NCBI GenBank assembly: GCA_038523235.1
Contig: JBCBJQ010000015.1
Span: forward strand, 1-64,000
Source: Cyanobacteria bacterium J06626_4
GTDB taxonomy: Bacteria; Cyanobacteriota; Cyanobacteriia; Phormidesmidales; Phormidesmidaceae
Direction of reading: 5' to 3'
Length of the DNA: 64,000 nt
The notes below the pieces were generated by a model. That model was not told where the DNA came from and searched no databases. It worked only from the letters and a program-made list of their open reading frames with translations. Made by a program: the position numbers and the translations under genes. The stretch's first letter is position 1, and every line of letters begins with the position of its first letter. Positions 9,641 through 20,073 of the stretch are shown piece after piece.

Positions 9641-11323
9641 ATGGATATGTATGCCTCTCTCTTTGGGGATTGTGGCGATGCGATTGTGATTGCTGATCAG
9701 CAATCCAACATATTATTTGCAAATGAGAAAGCTCAGTCACTGTTCGCCGCTCGTCCCTCGGTGCTGTTGCGGCCGCTCTCCGACACCAACCAGACGGTAT
9801 CAGTTGTCAACGAGCCAGAAGGAGCAGCCTGTTACCCACTGCAAGAGGTACTCGCTGGGGCTAACTTTTGCGATCGCGAATGTCTGTTGCAATCATCAAC
9901 CGCCGCGCCCCCAACTTGGCTTTCGATCACCGGTTATGCCATTCATCTGCCTGAGCCACCCCATCACGGTGCCCTGCTCTTAGTTCGCGACATCACCGCT
10001 CATAAAGCTAGTGCCGTTGACCCAGCCCCCAGCAACATCCGAGGATGGCAGGGGTTGGTTGACCGCACCACCTTTATGGCCCGCATCGCGACAGCGCTTG
10101 AAAACGCTCAGCAGCAGACCTCCGTCGCCGTTCTCTGCCTAGATGTCAAACGACTGAAAGCCGTCAACGATACCTTTGGTTATTTGGCGGGCGATCGCCT
10201 GCTCATCGAGATTGCCGATCGCCTGATCCGCCTGCTCAGACCAAGTGACACCCTGTCGCGACTCGGAGGCGATGAGTTTACCCTGCTCATCGAAAAGGTC
10301 GACAAGACCAACGATGTGGTCGCTTTTGTCGCCGCCATCCACACCGCCTTAGCGCCCCCCTTTCAGGTGCAGGGCCACGATATCAACATCGATGTCAATG
10401 TGGGCATCGGCTTTAGCCGGGGCACCACACCCGATGCTGATACGCTGCTCAGGCAAGCCGATATTGCGATGAATCGCGCCAAACACAGCTTTGGGGCCGG
10501 TTATTGTATTTTCGAAACGTTCATGCAGGCGGATGCTGACGATTCGTTGTATCTAGAAATGGCCCTGAAGCGGGCGATCGCTCACCAAGAGTTTTTCTTG
10601 GAATATCAGCCCATTTTTTGGGTGCGAACTCAAGCCATCATCGGGGTAGAATCGCTAGTTCGCTGGCATCATCCCGAGCAAGGCGTACTTCCCCCAGCAA
10701 AATTCATTCCCGTGGCCGAAAAAACCGGCCTGATTATTCCTTTAGGCTGGTGGATTCTCGAAGAATCTTGCCGCCAGCTGAAAGCTTGGCAAGATACTCT
10801 GACCAATGCCGAGAAGTTGTTTGTCAGCGTCAACATGTCGAGCAAACAATTTGCGCAAACAGACGTTTTAGATCGCATCAAAGGCATTCTCAAGACCACT
10901 GGGCTAGCGGCTACGGCACTCAAAATTGAAATTACCGAAAGCGTTTTAATTGAAAACTCATCTTCAATTATCGAAATCTTGCAAGCGATTAGAGATTTAG
11001 GCATCAAGCTGTCTGTTGATGATTTTGGCACGGGTTACTCTTCTCTCAGCTACTTGCACAAGTTCCCTGTAGATACGTTAAAAATTGATCGATCGTTTTT
11101 AGAAAACGCTGATTCTGATTTCGAGAAGTTAGAAATTTTGCAGTCAATGGTTCATCTTGCCTGGAATTTGGGGCTTGAGGTCGTCGCTGAGGGCATTGAG
11201 ACGCCCCGACACTTTGCTCAAATCAAGGCGTTGAGATGCGAATCAGGCCAGGGCTTTTTATTCTCAGAACCCTTGGGTAAAGAGGCTTTTGAAGAGATTT
11301 TGCGCAGCCAAGCAGACCTGTAG
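9641..11323 (+). CDS. PAS-GGDEF-EAL diguanylate cyclase/phosphodiesterase
   Basis: RLGGDEF; EAL domain as the ESL variant with DDFGTGYSS and VVAEGIE. Confidence 0.92.
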   Translation: MDMYASLFGDCGDAIVIADQQSNILFANEKAQSLFAARPSVLLRPLSDTNQTVSVVNEPEGAACYPLQEVLAGANFCDRECLLQSSTAAPPTWLSITGYAIHLPEPPHHGALLLVRDITAHKASAVDPAPSNIRGWQGLVDRTTFMARIATALENAQQQTSVAVLCLDVKRLKAVNDTFGYLAGDRLLIEIADRLIRLLRPSDTLSRLGGDEFTLLIEKVDKTNDVVAFVAAIHTALAPPFQVQGHDINIDVNVGIGFSRGTTPDADTLLRQADIAMNRAKHSFGAGYCIFETFMQADADDSLYLEMALKRAIAHQEFFLEYQPIFWVRTQAIIGVESLVRWHHPEQGVLPPAKFIPVAEKTGLIIPLGWWILEESCRQLKAWQDTLTNAEKLFVSVNMSSKQFAQTDVLDRIKGILKTTGLAATALKIEITESVLIENSSSIIEILQAIRDLGIKLSVDDFGTGYSSLSYLHKFPVDTLKIDRSFLENADSDFEKLEILQSMVHLAWNLGLEVVAEGIETPRHFAQIKALRCESGQGFLFSEPLGKEAFEEILRSQADL

Positions 11324-11761
11324 ACGGGGAGCAGGGTTTGAATCAGGTCAGCAAATGAAGAGGGCACAAGGCCGAGATGCAGCAGATCGGCAACGTTGTT
11401 TGGGAGCATCAAGCGCCCGACTGCTCGCGCTGTCGTAGCGTAGCACTCATCATCGGCAAAATACCTCCAAGTAGCCGATATACTAGCGATCAGATTTCCC
11501 CCATCGCCCCACTCGAAAAAGTCATCGTCTCTGATCAGACACCAATACAGAAAACCTGCACCCAAATTCTGGCCTGACTCGCTCTGCCCCCTCACGCCCA
11601 TCATCGAGGTCCTGATCTAGGCGCGCGCTCCCAGTTGCAGAACTTGTTCAGTCGTGGACTGGCAAGGCCAACTTTCTAACATCTTCTTGAGAATCTGTGT
11701 TCATCTCTTCAGAGTCGTTCATGCTTAACCTAGGGCAGCATCTTCCATCAGCGAGCTACCA

Positions 11762-13885
11762 ATGAGCCTTTGCATTAATCCTAGTTGTCCGCAACCTGCT
11801 CACCCTAACAATAGCCATACCCTCACCTGTCAAGCCTGCGGCTCAGAACTGTTGTTGCAAGGACAATATCGGGTCATGCGATTGCTGAGCAAAAACAGTG
11901 GCTTTGGCTTAGTCTATGAAGCTTATCAACGGGATATTCCCAAAATTCTGAAGGTTTTGAAACCCGAGCGCAGCGAAAACGCCAAAGTCCTGCGGCTCTT
12001 TCGCAAAGAAGCCGAAGTCTTGAGTCAGCTCAACCACGCCGGCGTACCTCTGGTCGAACCAGACGGTGGCTACTTTATTTATCATCCGCAAGACAGTCCG
12101 GCGCCTCTCCACTGCATCATCATGGAGAAAATCGACGGGCCGAACCTATTGCAATGGATGCAGCAACAGGGCAACCACCCCATCGGTGAGCATCAAGCCT
12201 TTCAATGGCTATTTCAACTCGCTGAAATTTTGCGGCGAGTACATCAGCACAACTATTTCCACCGCGACATCAAGCCTGACAACATCATGCTGCGCTCCAG
12301 CGGTCAGCTGGTACTAGTAGATTTTGGTGCCGCCCGTGAAATGAGTCAAACCTATCTGGCCCAAGTGGGGAGTCTCGGCGTTACAACGATCAGTTCGGCA
12401 GGCTATACGCCCCCTGAGCAAGAGCAAGGGCAAGCAGTGCCTCAATCGGATTTTTATGCCCTCGGGCGCACGATTGTTTATCTCTTGACCGGGCGATCGC
12501 CCAACGATACGACGCTATATGATCCCATGCTCAATGCGTTTAACTGGCGGCCTCATGCACCAGACCTCTCGGACGAATTTGCCGCTCTGCTCGACAGCTT
12601 GATTTCGCCGCGCGTGATTGACCGCCCGCGAACGGCACAAGAACTGCTGGATCGCCTGCATCAGATGTCGCTCAATCAGTTTGTTCAGCAGAGTGATGTC
12701 GGCGTTCTCCAAGCCGAAACGTCGCTCCCCCGCTTCAGCAGCACCGAAGCCAATGGGTTCCGCCTGCCCGGAGCAACCAAACCACAGGCGTCTTCTACAC
12801 CCTCCCACTCAGCTAACACCGCTGCATCACGGGTGACCTATTGGACTTGGCTGATTGCCGGGGGCACCGTGTTGTTGGCGATCGCCCTAATTGGGTTGGG
12901 CGTTTGGAGCCGACAGCGATCGCACTCGGCCCGCACTCCCTCGGCCCCAACCACCACGCCATCGCCCGATACCCCCCAGCCACCAATCCCTGAAACCCGC
13001 GTTGAACTGTTGCGCACCTTTACCGGTCATCAGAACTCGATCAATGCGCTCAAGCTGTTATCCGATGGCCGTCGGTTCATCAGTGCGAGTGCCGACAATA
13101 CCATTCGCCTGTGGGATTTGAGCACCGGCAAAGACCTGCAGACTTTTACAGGGCATCAGGCTTTTGTCAATGCGATCGCTCTCAGCCCCGATGAACGCAC
13201 GTTCTACAGCGGCAGTGCCGACGGGGCTCTCTTGGTGTGGGATACCGTAACTGGCAGCCAGCGAGCAGAATTTGCCGGCCACGCCGGGCCAGTCAATGCG
13301 TTAGACCGCACCCCTGATGGTCGCTATCTGGTCAGCGCCGCTTCGGACGGCACCATCAAAGTTTGGGACACCAACAGCCAAGCCTTGATCACCACGCTCG
13401 AAGGTCATAGCGGCGCGGTCAATGCAGTGGTCGTGAGCGACGACGGACAGCGCATTATTAGCGGCGGTACTGATCAAACCATTCGGATATGGGACTGGCA
13501 AACCAGTGAAACAATCGGCGTGCTAGAAGGGCATGACAGCTATATCAATGCGATTGCTATTAGCCTAGATGGCCGCTTTTTGTTTAGTGCCAGTGCTGAC
13601 CAAACGATCAAACGCTGGGATCTCAATAGCGGTGAAGTCTTAGACACGTTGGTGGGCCACACCAGCTTTATCAACGTCCTCAGTCTCAGCCGCGATGGCC
13701 AGACCGTCGCCAGCGGCAGCGCCGATAGCACCATTCGCCAGTGGGACGTCGCCTCTGGTAAACTCTTGGCGGTTTATACGGGATTTGGTATGACCGTTGA
13801 CCACATGTTGCTGTCGACCGATCAACGCATCATCACTGCAAGCCGCAAAAATCCCGCGATCAAGGCTTGGCTCACCGACCCTTAA
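11762..13885 (+). CDS. Ser/Thr protein kinase with 4-Cys prefix, TM helix and WD40 beta-propeller
   Basis: CINPSC..CQAC; HRDIKPDN, DFG, YTPPEQ; TM segment; about 7 GH...WD repeats. Confidence 0.93.
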   Translation: MSLCINPSCPQPAHPNNSHTLTCQACGSELLLQGQYRVMRLLSKNSGFGLVYEAYQRDIPKILKVLKPERSENAKVLRLFRKEAEVLSQLNHAGVPLVEPDGGYFIYHPQDSPAPLHCIIMEKIDGPNLLQWMQQQGNHPIGEHQAFQWLFQLAEILRRVHQHNYFHRDIKPDNIMLRSSGQLVLVDFGAAREMSQTYLAQVGSLGVTTISSAGYTPPEQEQGQAVPQSDFYALGRTIVYLLTGRSPNDTTLYDPMLNAFNWRPHAPDLSDEFAALLDSLISPRVIDRPRTAQELLDRLHQMSLNQFVQQSDVGVLQAETSLPRFSSTEANGFRLPGATKPQASSTPSHSANTAASRVTYWTWLIAGGTVLLAIALIGLGVWSRQRSHSARTPSAPTTTPSPDTPQPPIPETRVELLRTFTGHQNSINALKLLSDGRRFISASADNTIRLWDLSTGKDLQTFTGHQAFVNAIALSPDERTFYSGSADGALLVWDTVTGSQRAEFAGHAGPVNALDRTPDGRYLVSAASDGTIKVWDTNSQALITTLEGHSGAVNAVVVSDDGQRIISGGTDQTIRIWDWQTSETIGVLEGHDSYINAIAISLDGRFLFSASADQTIKRWDLNSGEVLDTLVGHTSFINVLSLSRDGQTVASGSADSTIRQWDVASGKLLAVYTGFGMTVDHMLLSTDQRIITASRKNPAIKAWLTDP

Positions 13886-14051
13886 CTCACTGACAGAGAC
13901 CAGCACCGACGCAGCTGCCGACTCACCGCCAGCACCTCTGACCGATGCCACTGCCCCAGACGCTATCTGTAACCACAGGCTTGACAGCTATAGACGCCGG
14001 TTGGGGCGATCGCTACGATAAAGCTGGGTACACCGTTGGGCACTGACTGTT

Positions 14052-14510
14052 ATGAGCCTCAAAGATCGCATTTCAGAAGACATCAAAACCGCGATGAAAG
14101 CCAAAGACAAACTCAGGCTAGAAACGGTTCGCAGCATCAAAAAAGTCATCTTAGAAGAAGAGAGCACAGCTCGCGGCAAAGGCCAGGAAGGACTTACAGA
14201 GACGCAAGAACTGGAAGTCTTGACGCGCTTAGCCAAACAGCGCAAGGATGCGATCGCCCAATACACCGACGCCAGCCGCCCAGACTTAGCCGACAAAGAA
14301 GCCGCCGAACTCGCCATTCTTGAAGAGTACCTGCCAGCCCAACTGTCAGATGCCGACATCGAAGCCGTCATCGATGGCCTGCTTGCTAAAACCGGCGCCA
14401 CGTCTGCCAAAGATATGGGCAAAGTCATGGGCCCAGCGATGAAAGAGCTTAAAGGTCGCGCTGATGGCGCGAAGGTACAGGCGATGGTTAAAGCGAAGCT
14501 CGCTGGTTAG
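14052..14510 (+). CDS. GatB/YqeY domain protein
   Basis: MSLKDRISEDIKTAMKAKDK, YLPAQLS, KDMGKVMG, GRADG. Confidence 0.92.
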   Translation: MSLKDRISEDIKTAMKAKDKLRLETVRSIKKVILEEESTARGKGQEGLTETQELEVLTRLAKQRKDAIAQYTDASRPDLADKEAAELAILEEYLPAQLSDADIEAVIDGLLAKTGATSAKDMGKVMGPAMKELKGRADGAKVQAMVKAKLAG

Positions 14511-14551
14511 CCCAACCATCGCCGGCAACTCCTGAACTCACTAGCGATTGA

Positions 14552-15016
14552 TTACAACGGTGCATACCCAAAGGTGACGTTGAACTCACGACACCAGATT
14601 GCCACCGTTTGATAATCATTCACATCAAGGTTGGCCGGAACCAGATAGCGCTGCCCGCCTTCAAAGCTTTGGAGCGTTGCCAGCGTAACGTAGTCGGCTT
14701 CGTCAATGCTGACGGGCACAGTGGCACCGGTGTGAAGGACAACCTGCACATCGGGACCGCGCGCCGTATCGAATGCATCATCAAACACGATGTAGGTTTG
14801 ACCGTTTTCCGTCACCACGCTGGCAGTACCGGTGGTGTCCTTTTCTTGCTCAACGGTGACAAACGGTTGGGGCGTCGCTGTGGCCTGGGCAACGTTCACG
14901 GTCGCACCTTGGTTGGTCAGCGTTGAAAATTCCACCGGTTTGAAGGCATTCGCCCCAGATGCCAACGTGATACCTAAGGTCGTCGCAGAAATGGCGGCAA
15001 GAATAAAGCGTTTCAT
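14552..15016 (-). CDS. Secreted DM13 domain protein
   Basis: Signal peptide; GPDVQVVL, YQTVAIWCREFNVTFGYA. Confidence 0.88.
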   Translation of the reverse strand: MKRFILAAISATTLGITLASGANAFKPVEFSTLTNQGATVNVAQATATPQPFVTVEQEKDTTGTASVVTENGQTYIVFDDAFDTARGPDVQVVLHTGATVPVSIDEADYVTLATLQSFEGGQRYLVPANLDVNDYQTVAIWCREFNVTFGYAPL

Positions 15017-15318
15017 CAGTCATATCTCCTTAAAGTGCAAGAACGAGCAAACTCAACTGTTCATCGCTATCTTCCCGAATGTTCTTGAAAATGCCTTGAC
15101 AGAGTCCTGAGAACCCCCTGAGCAATCACCCGCTTGCCTAAGGACTGGCTGAGAAGCGATCGCGCGGCGTCTTCTCAAAGCTGTCAGACTGCCAGGGGCG
15201 ATCGCCATCAATCAGCCTGATCGGCAAACCAGGCAGCCCATTGAGCGGCCAACCCTCCCCAAGAATATCGAGAGTCTGCTCACTTATAGTCAAGATAAAT
15301 TTGCTAGAATTCCGAACC

Positions 15319-17249
15319 CTAGCTCTCTAGCATTTGTAGCTTGTACAAGCTGGCATACAGGCCATCCTGCGCCAAGAGCGCTTCGTGGTTCCCCTGCTCA
15401 ATCAGCTCGCCATGCTTCAGCACCAAAATGCGATCGACATTGCGAATAGTTGAGAGACGGTGAGCAATGATAATCGCGGTGCGATCCTGCAGCAGGTTTT
15501 CTAAAGCCTCTTGGATCAGCGCTTCCGTACCCACATCCAAATTGGCAGTCGCTTCATCCAAAATCAGAATGCCGGGGTTGCGAATCGCCGCGCGGGCAAA
15601 GGCTAGCAGTTGTTTTTGCCCGCCCGAAAGGTTGGTGCCGCGCTCCCGCAGCGGCGTGTCATAGCCCTGAGGTAGCTGCTCAATAAACGACGTACATTCG
15701 TTTTTTCCGCGGCGGCTTTCACTGCTGCCAACGAATACTCTTCGCCCAACGTAATGTTGCTCTTGATGTCACCCGCAAAGAGAAAACCATCTTGCAAGAT
15801 CACGGCCATGCGGCGACGCAGCTCAGCTTGGGGCAAATCGCGAATATTCACCCCCTCTAGTCGAATCGCGCCTTCAGTGACGTCATACAACCGGCAGAGC
15901 AGGCGAATAATTGAGCTTTTGCCCGCCCCAGTCGGGCCAACTAAGGCAACTTTTTCACCAGGACGAATGGTGAAATCGAGGTTTTTGAGCACGGGCTCAT
16001 CAGGCTTATAGCCAAACCAAACCTGGTCGAAGCGAATCTCAGATGCAGCAACTGACGTCGCTGTCTCAGAGGATTGGTCAGTCATCGGTACATCGGCTAC
16101 CGCCGCTACTGCCAAGGGCGCATGACTCGAACCATTGATTTGAGGTACTTGAGGCTGAGTCGTTACCGACTGAGGGCTCGACTGCACTGCCATCGGATCT
16201 TGAATCTCTAGCGGCACCGTAAACAGATCAGTGATGCGCTCAACGGCAGTGAACCCAGCTTGAATCGACGTGAATTTATCGGCAAACTGCCGCAGCGGAT
16301 CAAATAGACGTTGGGCAAACAAAATGAAGGACGCCAGAGCTCCGAAGGTGAGCGAGTCCTGCAAGACAAGATAGCCGCCGAGCCAGAGCACGCCCGCGAT
16401 CGCCACCAGAGCAATCCACTCCAGCGTGGCCGATACCGCCGAATCGTGAAAGATCGTCTTATCAATCGCCCGCACATATTGCTGGTTGGTTTTGCGAAAG
16501 CCCTCGGCGTTGTAGCGCTCGCGGCGAAACATTTGCACGACGTCAATGCCGAGGATATTTTCTTGCAGTGCGGCGTTGAGTTCTGAGAGTTTTTCGCGCG
16601 CTCGATAATTCGCCTTGCGATACTGCTGCTGAAAATAAATAATCAGCCAGGTCACCGGCAACAGCATCGCCATCAGCATCAGCGCTAGCTGCCACTGCAG
16701 CCAAAACATCGTCACGGCAATCACCGCGATGGAAAAAATATCGCTAAAAATACCAACTGCCCCGGTCGAAAAGACGTCTCCCAACGCATCGACATCACTG
16801 GTGAGGCGGGTGATCAGTTTGCCCACCGGCGTGCGGTCAAAAAATCGCACTGCCAACGAGGTGACATGGGCGAACAGGTCATTGCGAATATTCGCCGTGA
16901 TGCGCTGACCCACCTTTTGCACCAAATAGCTTTGCCAGCCGTCTAGGGTCAGACGTACTGCGACTGTGACCACCAAGAGCCCGACCAAAATGTTGAGACC
17001 GCCCTGCAGCGATCGCGCCGCTAAAAACCAGGCCACGGGCTCTTGACGAATCAACGAGATCGCCTGACCAATCAAGATGGGCTGCACAGCGTTAGCCAGC
17101 GACAGCGGCACCAGCAGCACAAACGGCAGCCACAAAAAGCGGCGTTGGGCTCGAATGTAGGGCCACAGCCGTAAAAAGAGCCGCCAGTCGGTCTGGCGTT
17201 CTGTCGCCGCTTGGGCCGAGGCATTAGATGAATAAGGAGCTGAGGTCAT
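15319..17249 (-). pseudogene. ABC exporter (TMD plus NBD, MsbA/MdlB-like) with a 1-nt frameshift near 15692; either a pseudogene or a sequencing error
   Basis: Walker A GPTGAGKS lies in the first frame. After ...EKTNV the conserved [29 protein letters not shown], Walker B ILILDEAT and IIAHRLSTI continue in another frame to the stop at 15319. Confidence 0.88.
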
Positions 17250-17388
17250 TGAGTAAGCCCGGCGATCGCAAAACTAACAGACTGGCAGAGCAAACTAACA
17301 GCGCTCAGCCATCAGCCTTTCAGAGAGAACAATTGCTCTCTTACTGTATCGTAGGCAACCTATCGTTGCCTTTAACGATGCTCAATAG

Positions 17389-18033
17389 TCAAACAGCGGC
17401 AACCAACGGCGCTCGCAGGTGGCGAATCACGTCACCGAGGCCATCTGAATCCACTCGATAGCTGATGGGGTGGGCGATCAAACGAGCCGTGCTTTGATAA
17501 AGCACCTCCAGTTCTACCAAATTGTTTTCCTGCAAAGTGCGCCCCGTTGAGACCAAGTCAACAATCGCCTCCGACATGCCGGTAATCGGGCCGAGCTCGA
17601 CCGAGCCATAAAGCGGCACAATCTCGACCGGCAGATCAATACTTTGAAAATAGTCGCGCGCACAACCGACAAACTTAGAGGCCACCCGACAGTGGGGCGG
17701 TAAATCGAGGGCTGAACGATAGGGACTAGAGGCTTTAACCGCCACCGACATGCGACAGTGACCAAACGCTAAATCAGCCAGCTGGGCAACCGCTGCCTGC
17801 TTTTCTCGCAGCACGTCGTAGCCGACGATTCCGAGCTGCGCCTGGCCATATTCCACATAGACTGGCACATCCTGCGCCCGTACCAGCAGCCCCTGCGCTT
17901 TGGCATTGGGTGCGGTAATTTGCAACTGTCGATTCGACTTATCTAAAAACGCGCTGAAGTCGAGCCCGATCGCCTGAAATCGTTCAATACTTTCTTTCAG
18001 CAACGCCCCTTTGGGTAATGCAATGGTCAGCAT
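17389..18033 (-). CDS. hisG: ATP phosphoribosyltransferase, short form
   Basis: [40 protein letters not shown]; 214 aa. Confidence 0.95.
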   Translation of the reverse strand: MLTIALPKGALLKESIERFQAIGLDFSAFLDKSNRQLQITAPNAKAQGLLVRAQDVPVYVEYGQAQLGIVGYDVLREKQAAVAQLADLAFGHCRMSVAVKASSPYRSALDLPPHCRVASKFVGCARDYFQSIDLPVEIVPLYGSVELGPITGMSEAIVDLVSTGRTLQENNLVELEVLYQSTARLIAHPISYRVDSDGLGDVIRHLRAPLVAAV

Positions 18034-18283
18034 AGATGTCTCTGTGGGAACCGTGTTTGATCCTAGCAGTGAATGATGGCGACAAAGCCGAAAAATCAGT
18101 CAGTTTCCATCCGTCAGCACCCCGGTAGACGACAACACTCGTTGCCCTGCTCTGGTTTTGCTGCAGGGAGCCAGACAAGAGGCCCTGGATGAAGTCGTCG
18201 CGTTACTGCCACCCTGCTCCCAACCCTCTGGCGGCGATGCTCTGCCGCCCCCACTGCGCCCGCTTTGCGCAGCTTCCCTAGTG

Positions 18284-19030
18284 TCACGTCAACTCGGCCT
18301 CAGCCCTCACCGACAGCCCCAGCGATCGCCCTAAAAACCATTCATACCCGGCTTCCAGCTGAGCCTTACCGCCAGTTTCCACAATGACTCCATGGCCCGG
18401 AATCACCCGATCAAAGTTCCAGGCCAACACCTGACGGATCGAAGCCTCCACAGTGGCCTTATCCCAGGTGCCCCATTTTTCTAGCCGGCTAGGCCGCAGC
18501 GTCTGGTAAGAGCCTAAAATCTGCGCAGCTACTCGGGTACTCAAAGGGAACGTTTCATCGAAGTTAAAAGCAATACCCGTAAGGATGAGAGTGCCGCTGG
18601 ACTGATGACAAAACACTGTTTCATGCGCTGCTTGAATACCGGTGGGTGAGATAGCGCTGACGCCTTCAAACGGCAAATAATCGAGGACGTTTTCAAAGCT
18701 GCCAGCTTCATTGAGCGTGGCGTCCACCCTGAGATCGGGACGCTTTTGACTGAGTCCAGCCACCCCCAAGATTTGCGCCTCCGGATACATCGCCTGGACT
18801 TCACCGATATATAAGTGGTGAAACAAATTGGGAGCAATCAAATACTTCACTGTACCCAAAGCATCCAACAGGGGGCGATCGCCGCGCTTGACCGGAATAG
18901 GAGAAATCAACACCAGATCTTGACTCGGCAACCGGACAATCGTCATCCGACTGCCGACTTCCACACCCAAAAAGCGCAAAGACTGAGCCGCTGTCCAAAT
19001 ATTCGGCGCAACCTCATTCAAAAAAAGCAT
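18284..19030 (-). CDS. DUF4336 family protein (metallo-hydrolase-like)
   Basis: RMTIVRL, LISP, IAPNLFHHLY, ETVFCH, FDRVIPGHG. Confidence 0.8.
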   Translation of the reverse strand: MLFLNEVAPNIWTAAQSLRFLGVEVGSRMTIVRLPSQDLVLISPIPVKRGDRPLLDALGTVKYLIAPNLFHHLYIGEVQAMYPEAQILGVAGLSQKRPDLRVDATLNEAGSFENVLDYLPFEGVSAISPTGIQAAHETVFCHQSSGTLILTGIAFNFDETFPLSTRVAAQILGSYQTLRPSRLEKWGTWDKATVEASIRQVLAWNFDRVIPGHGVIVETGGKAQLEAGYEWFLGRSLGLSVRAEAELT

Positions 19031-19219
19031 CGGGCCATCCTCATATAGAGCAAATCATCAATCAGGACAAAACCGGATATTGTGCCAACCGCCAAGGAGC
19101 AGGTTTGGCAGCAGCGCATTGAAAGCCATCGTGTCGAGAACTGATATTGACATCTTTATATTTAACCTCTTAATTAAAACAAACGTTTGCCATGTATGCA
19201 GCAACGGGATCTGATTGGG

Positions 19220-19786
19220 CTAGTCTGATCGGCAGGCTTGTTCCAACACCTGCATAAAGACCTCAAGTTGTTGCGCGATGTCGACTTCAACGCGGCCATA
19301 TAAGCACTGCAGCAATAGCCCATCTAAAAAAATCAGCAAACTGTCGACCTGCTCAGGCGCAATCTGCAAATAGTCCACCAGCTGACTTTGGGTACGCTGC
19401 CAAGACTGCTGCAGCACCGTCCAGTCTGAGCCTTGAGAACGTTGACTATGTTGATAAAAATCAATCCAGATCAGAAATTGGCGCTGATAGGTCGAATAGC
19501 GTTGCAAAAAGAAGGTTGTGATACGGCGCAACTTGTTCTCAAGCGATTCGCTCAGCGGCGCTTGCGCAAAAAACTCAGCGACATCTTTCTCGCAATAGGT
19601 TTCAACCAGCTGTACAAAAATACGCTCTTTGTTGGGAAAGTAGTGATACAGCGTCCCGGTTGAAACCCCCAGACTCGCGGCAATCTCTCGCATTGTCACC
19701 GCCCCAAACCCCCGCTCAGCAAACAGGGTCAGACACTGGCTCAGCAGCTCTTGGCGGTAGCGATCATGATCGACAATTTTAGGCAT
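19220..19786 (-). CDS. TetR/AcrR family transcriptional regulator
   Basis: MPKIVDH; LFAERGFGAVTMREIAASLGVSTGTLYHYFPNKE. Confidence 0.92.
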   Translation of the reverse strand: MPKIVDHDRYRQELLSQCLTLFAERGFGAVTMREIAASLGVSTGTLYHYFPNKERIFVQLVETYCEKDVAEFFAQAPLSESLENKLRRITTFFLQRYSTYQRQFLIWIDFYQHSQRSQGSDWTVLQQSWQRTQSQLVDYLQIAPEQVDSLLIFLDGLLLQCLYGRVEVDIAQQLEVFMQVLEQACRSD

Positions 19787-19825
19787 GGTTAATTTATATC
19801 ATGTGTTCGATATAAATTAACCATG
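19784..19825. promoter_or_regulatory. Perfect 17-bp inverted repeat overlapping the TetR start codon (candidate autoregulatory operator)
   Basis: CATGGTTAATTTATATC-ATGTGTTC-GATATAAATTAACCATG. Confidence 0.65.
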
Positions 19826-20073
19826 TCAGCGTTGAGCGTCACCTCTCAGGCATCAGGCTGCTATGTCATACCGGCACGTAGAGGAATAGGGGCGCAAGAT
19901 CAATGCTCTCGTTTCGCCGCATCGAGATAACACCGCCCTCGGTCACCCTCCGGTACAATCGGCCAGAGTCGCCTTACTTGCTAGTGGATGGTCAATAGTA
20001 AGTAGGGCGGCCGCATGAGCGGGATCTTCGCGATCGCCCTTTTGAGGGAACAGTTGGTGAGAGGAGCAAACAC

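Noticed and set aside
11218..11604. 128-aa minus-strand and 66-aa plus-strand ORFs between the EAL and kinase genes
   Set aside because: The longer one overlaps the EAL gene; neither has a recognisable motif or RBS, so both are probably spurious
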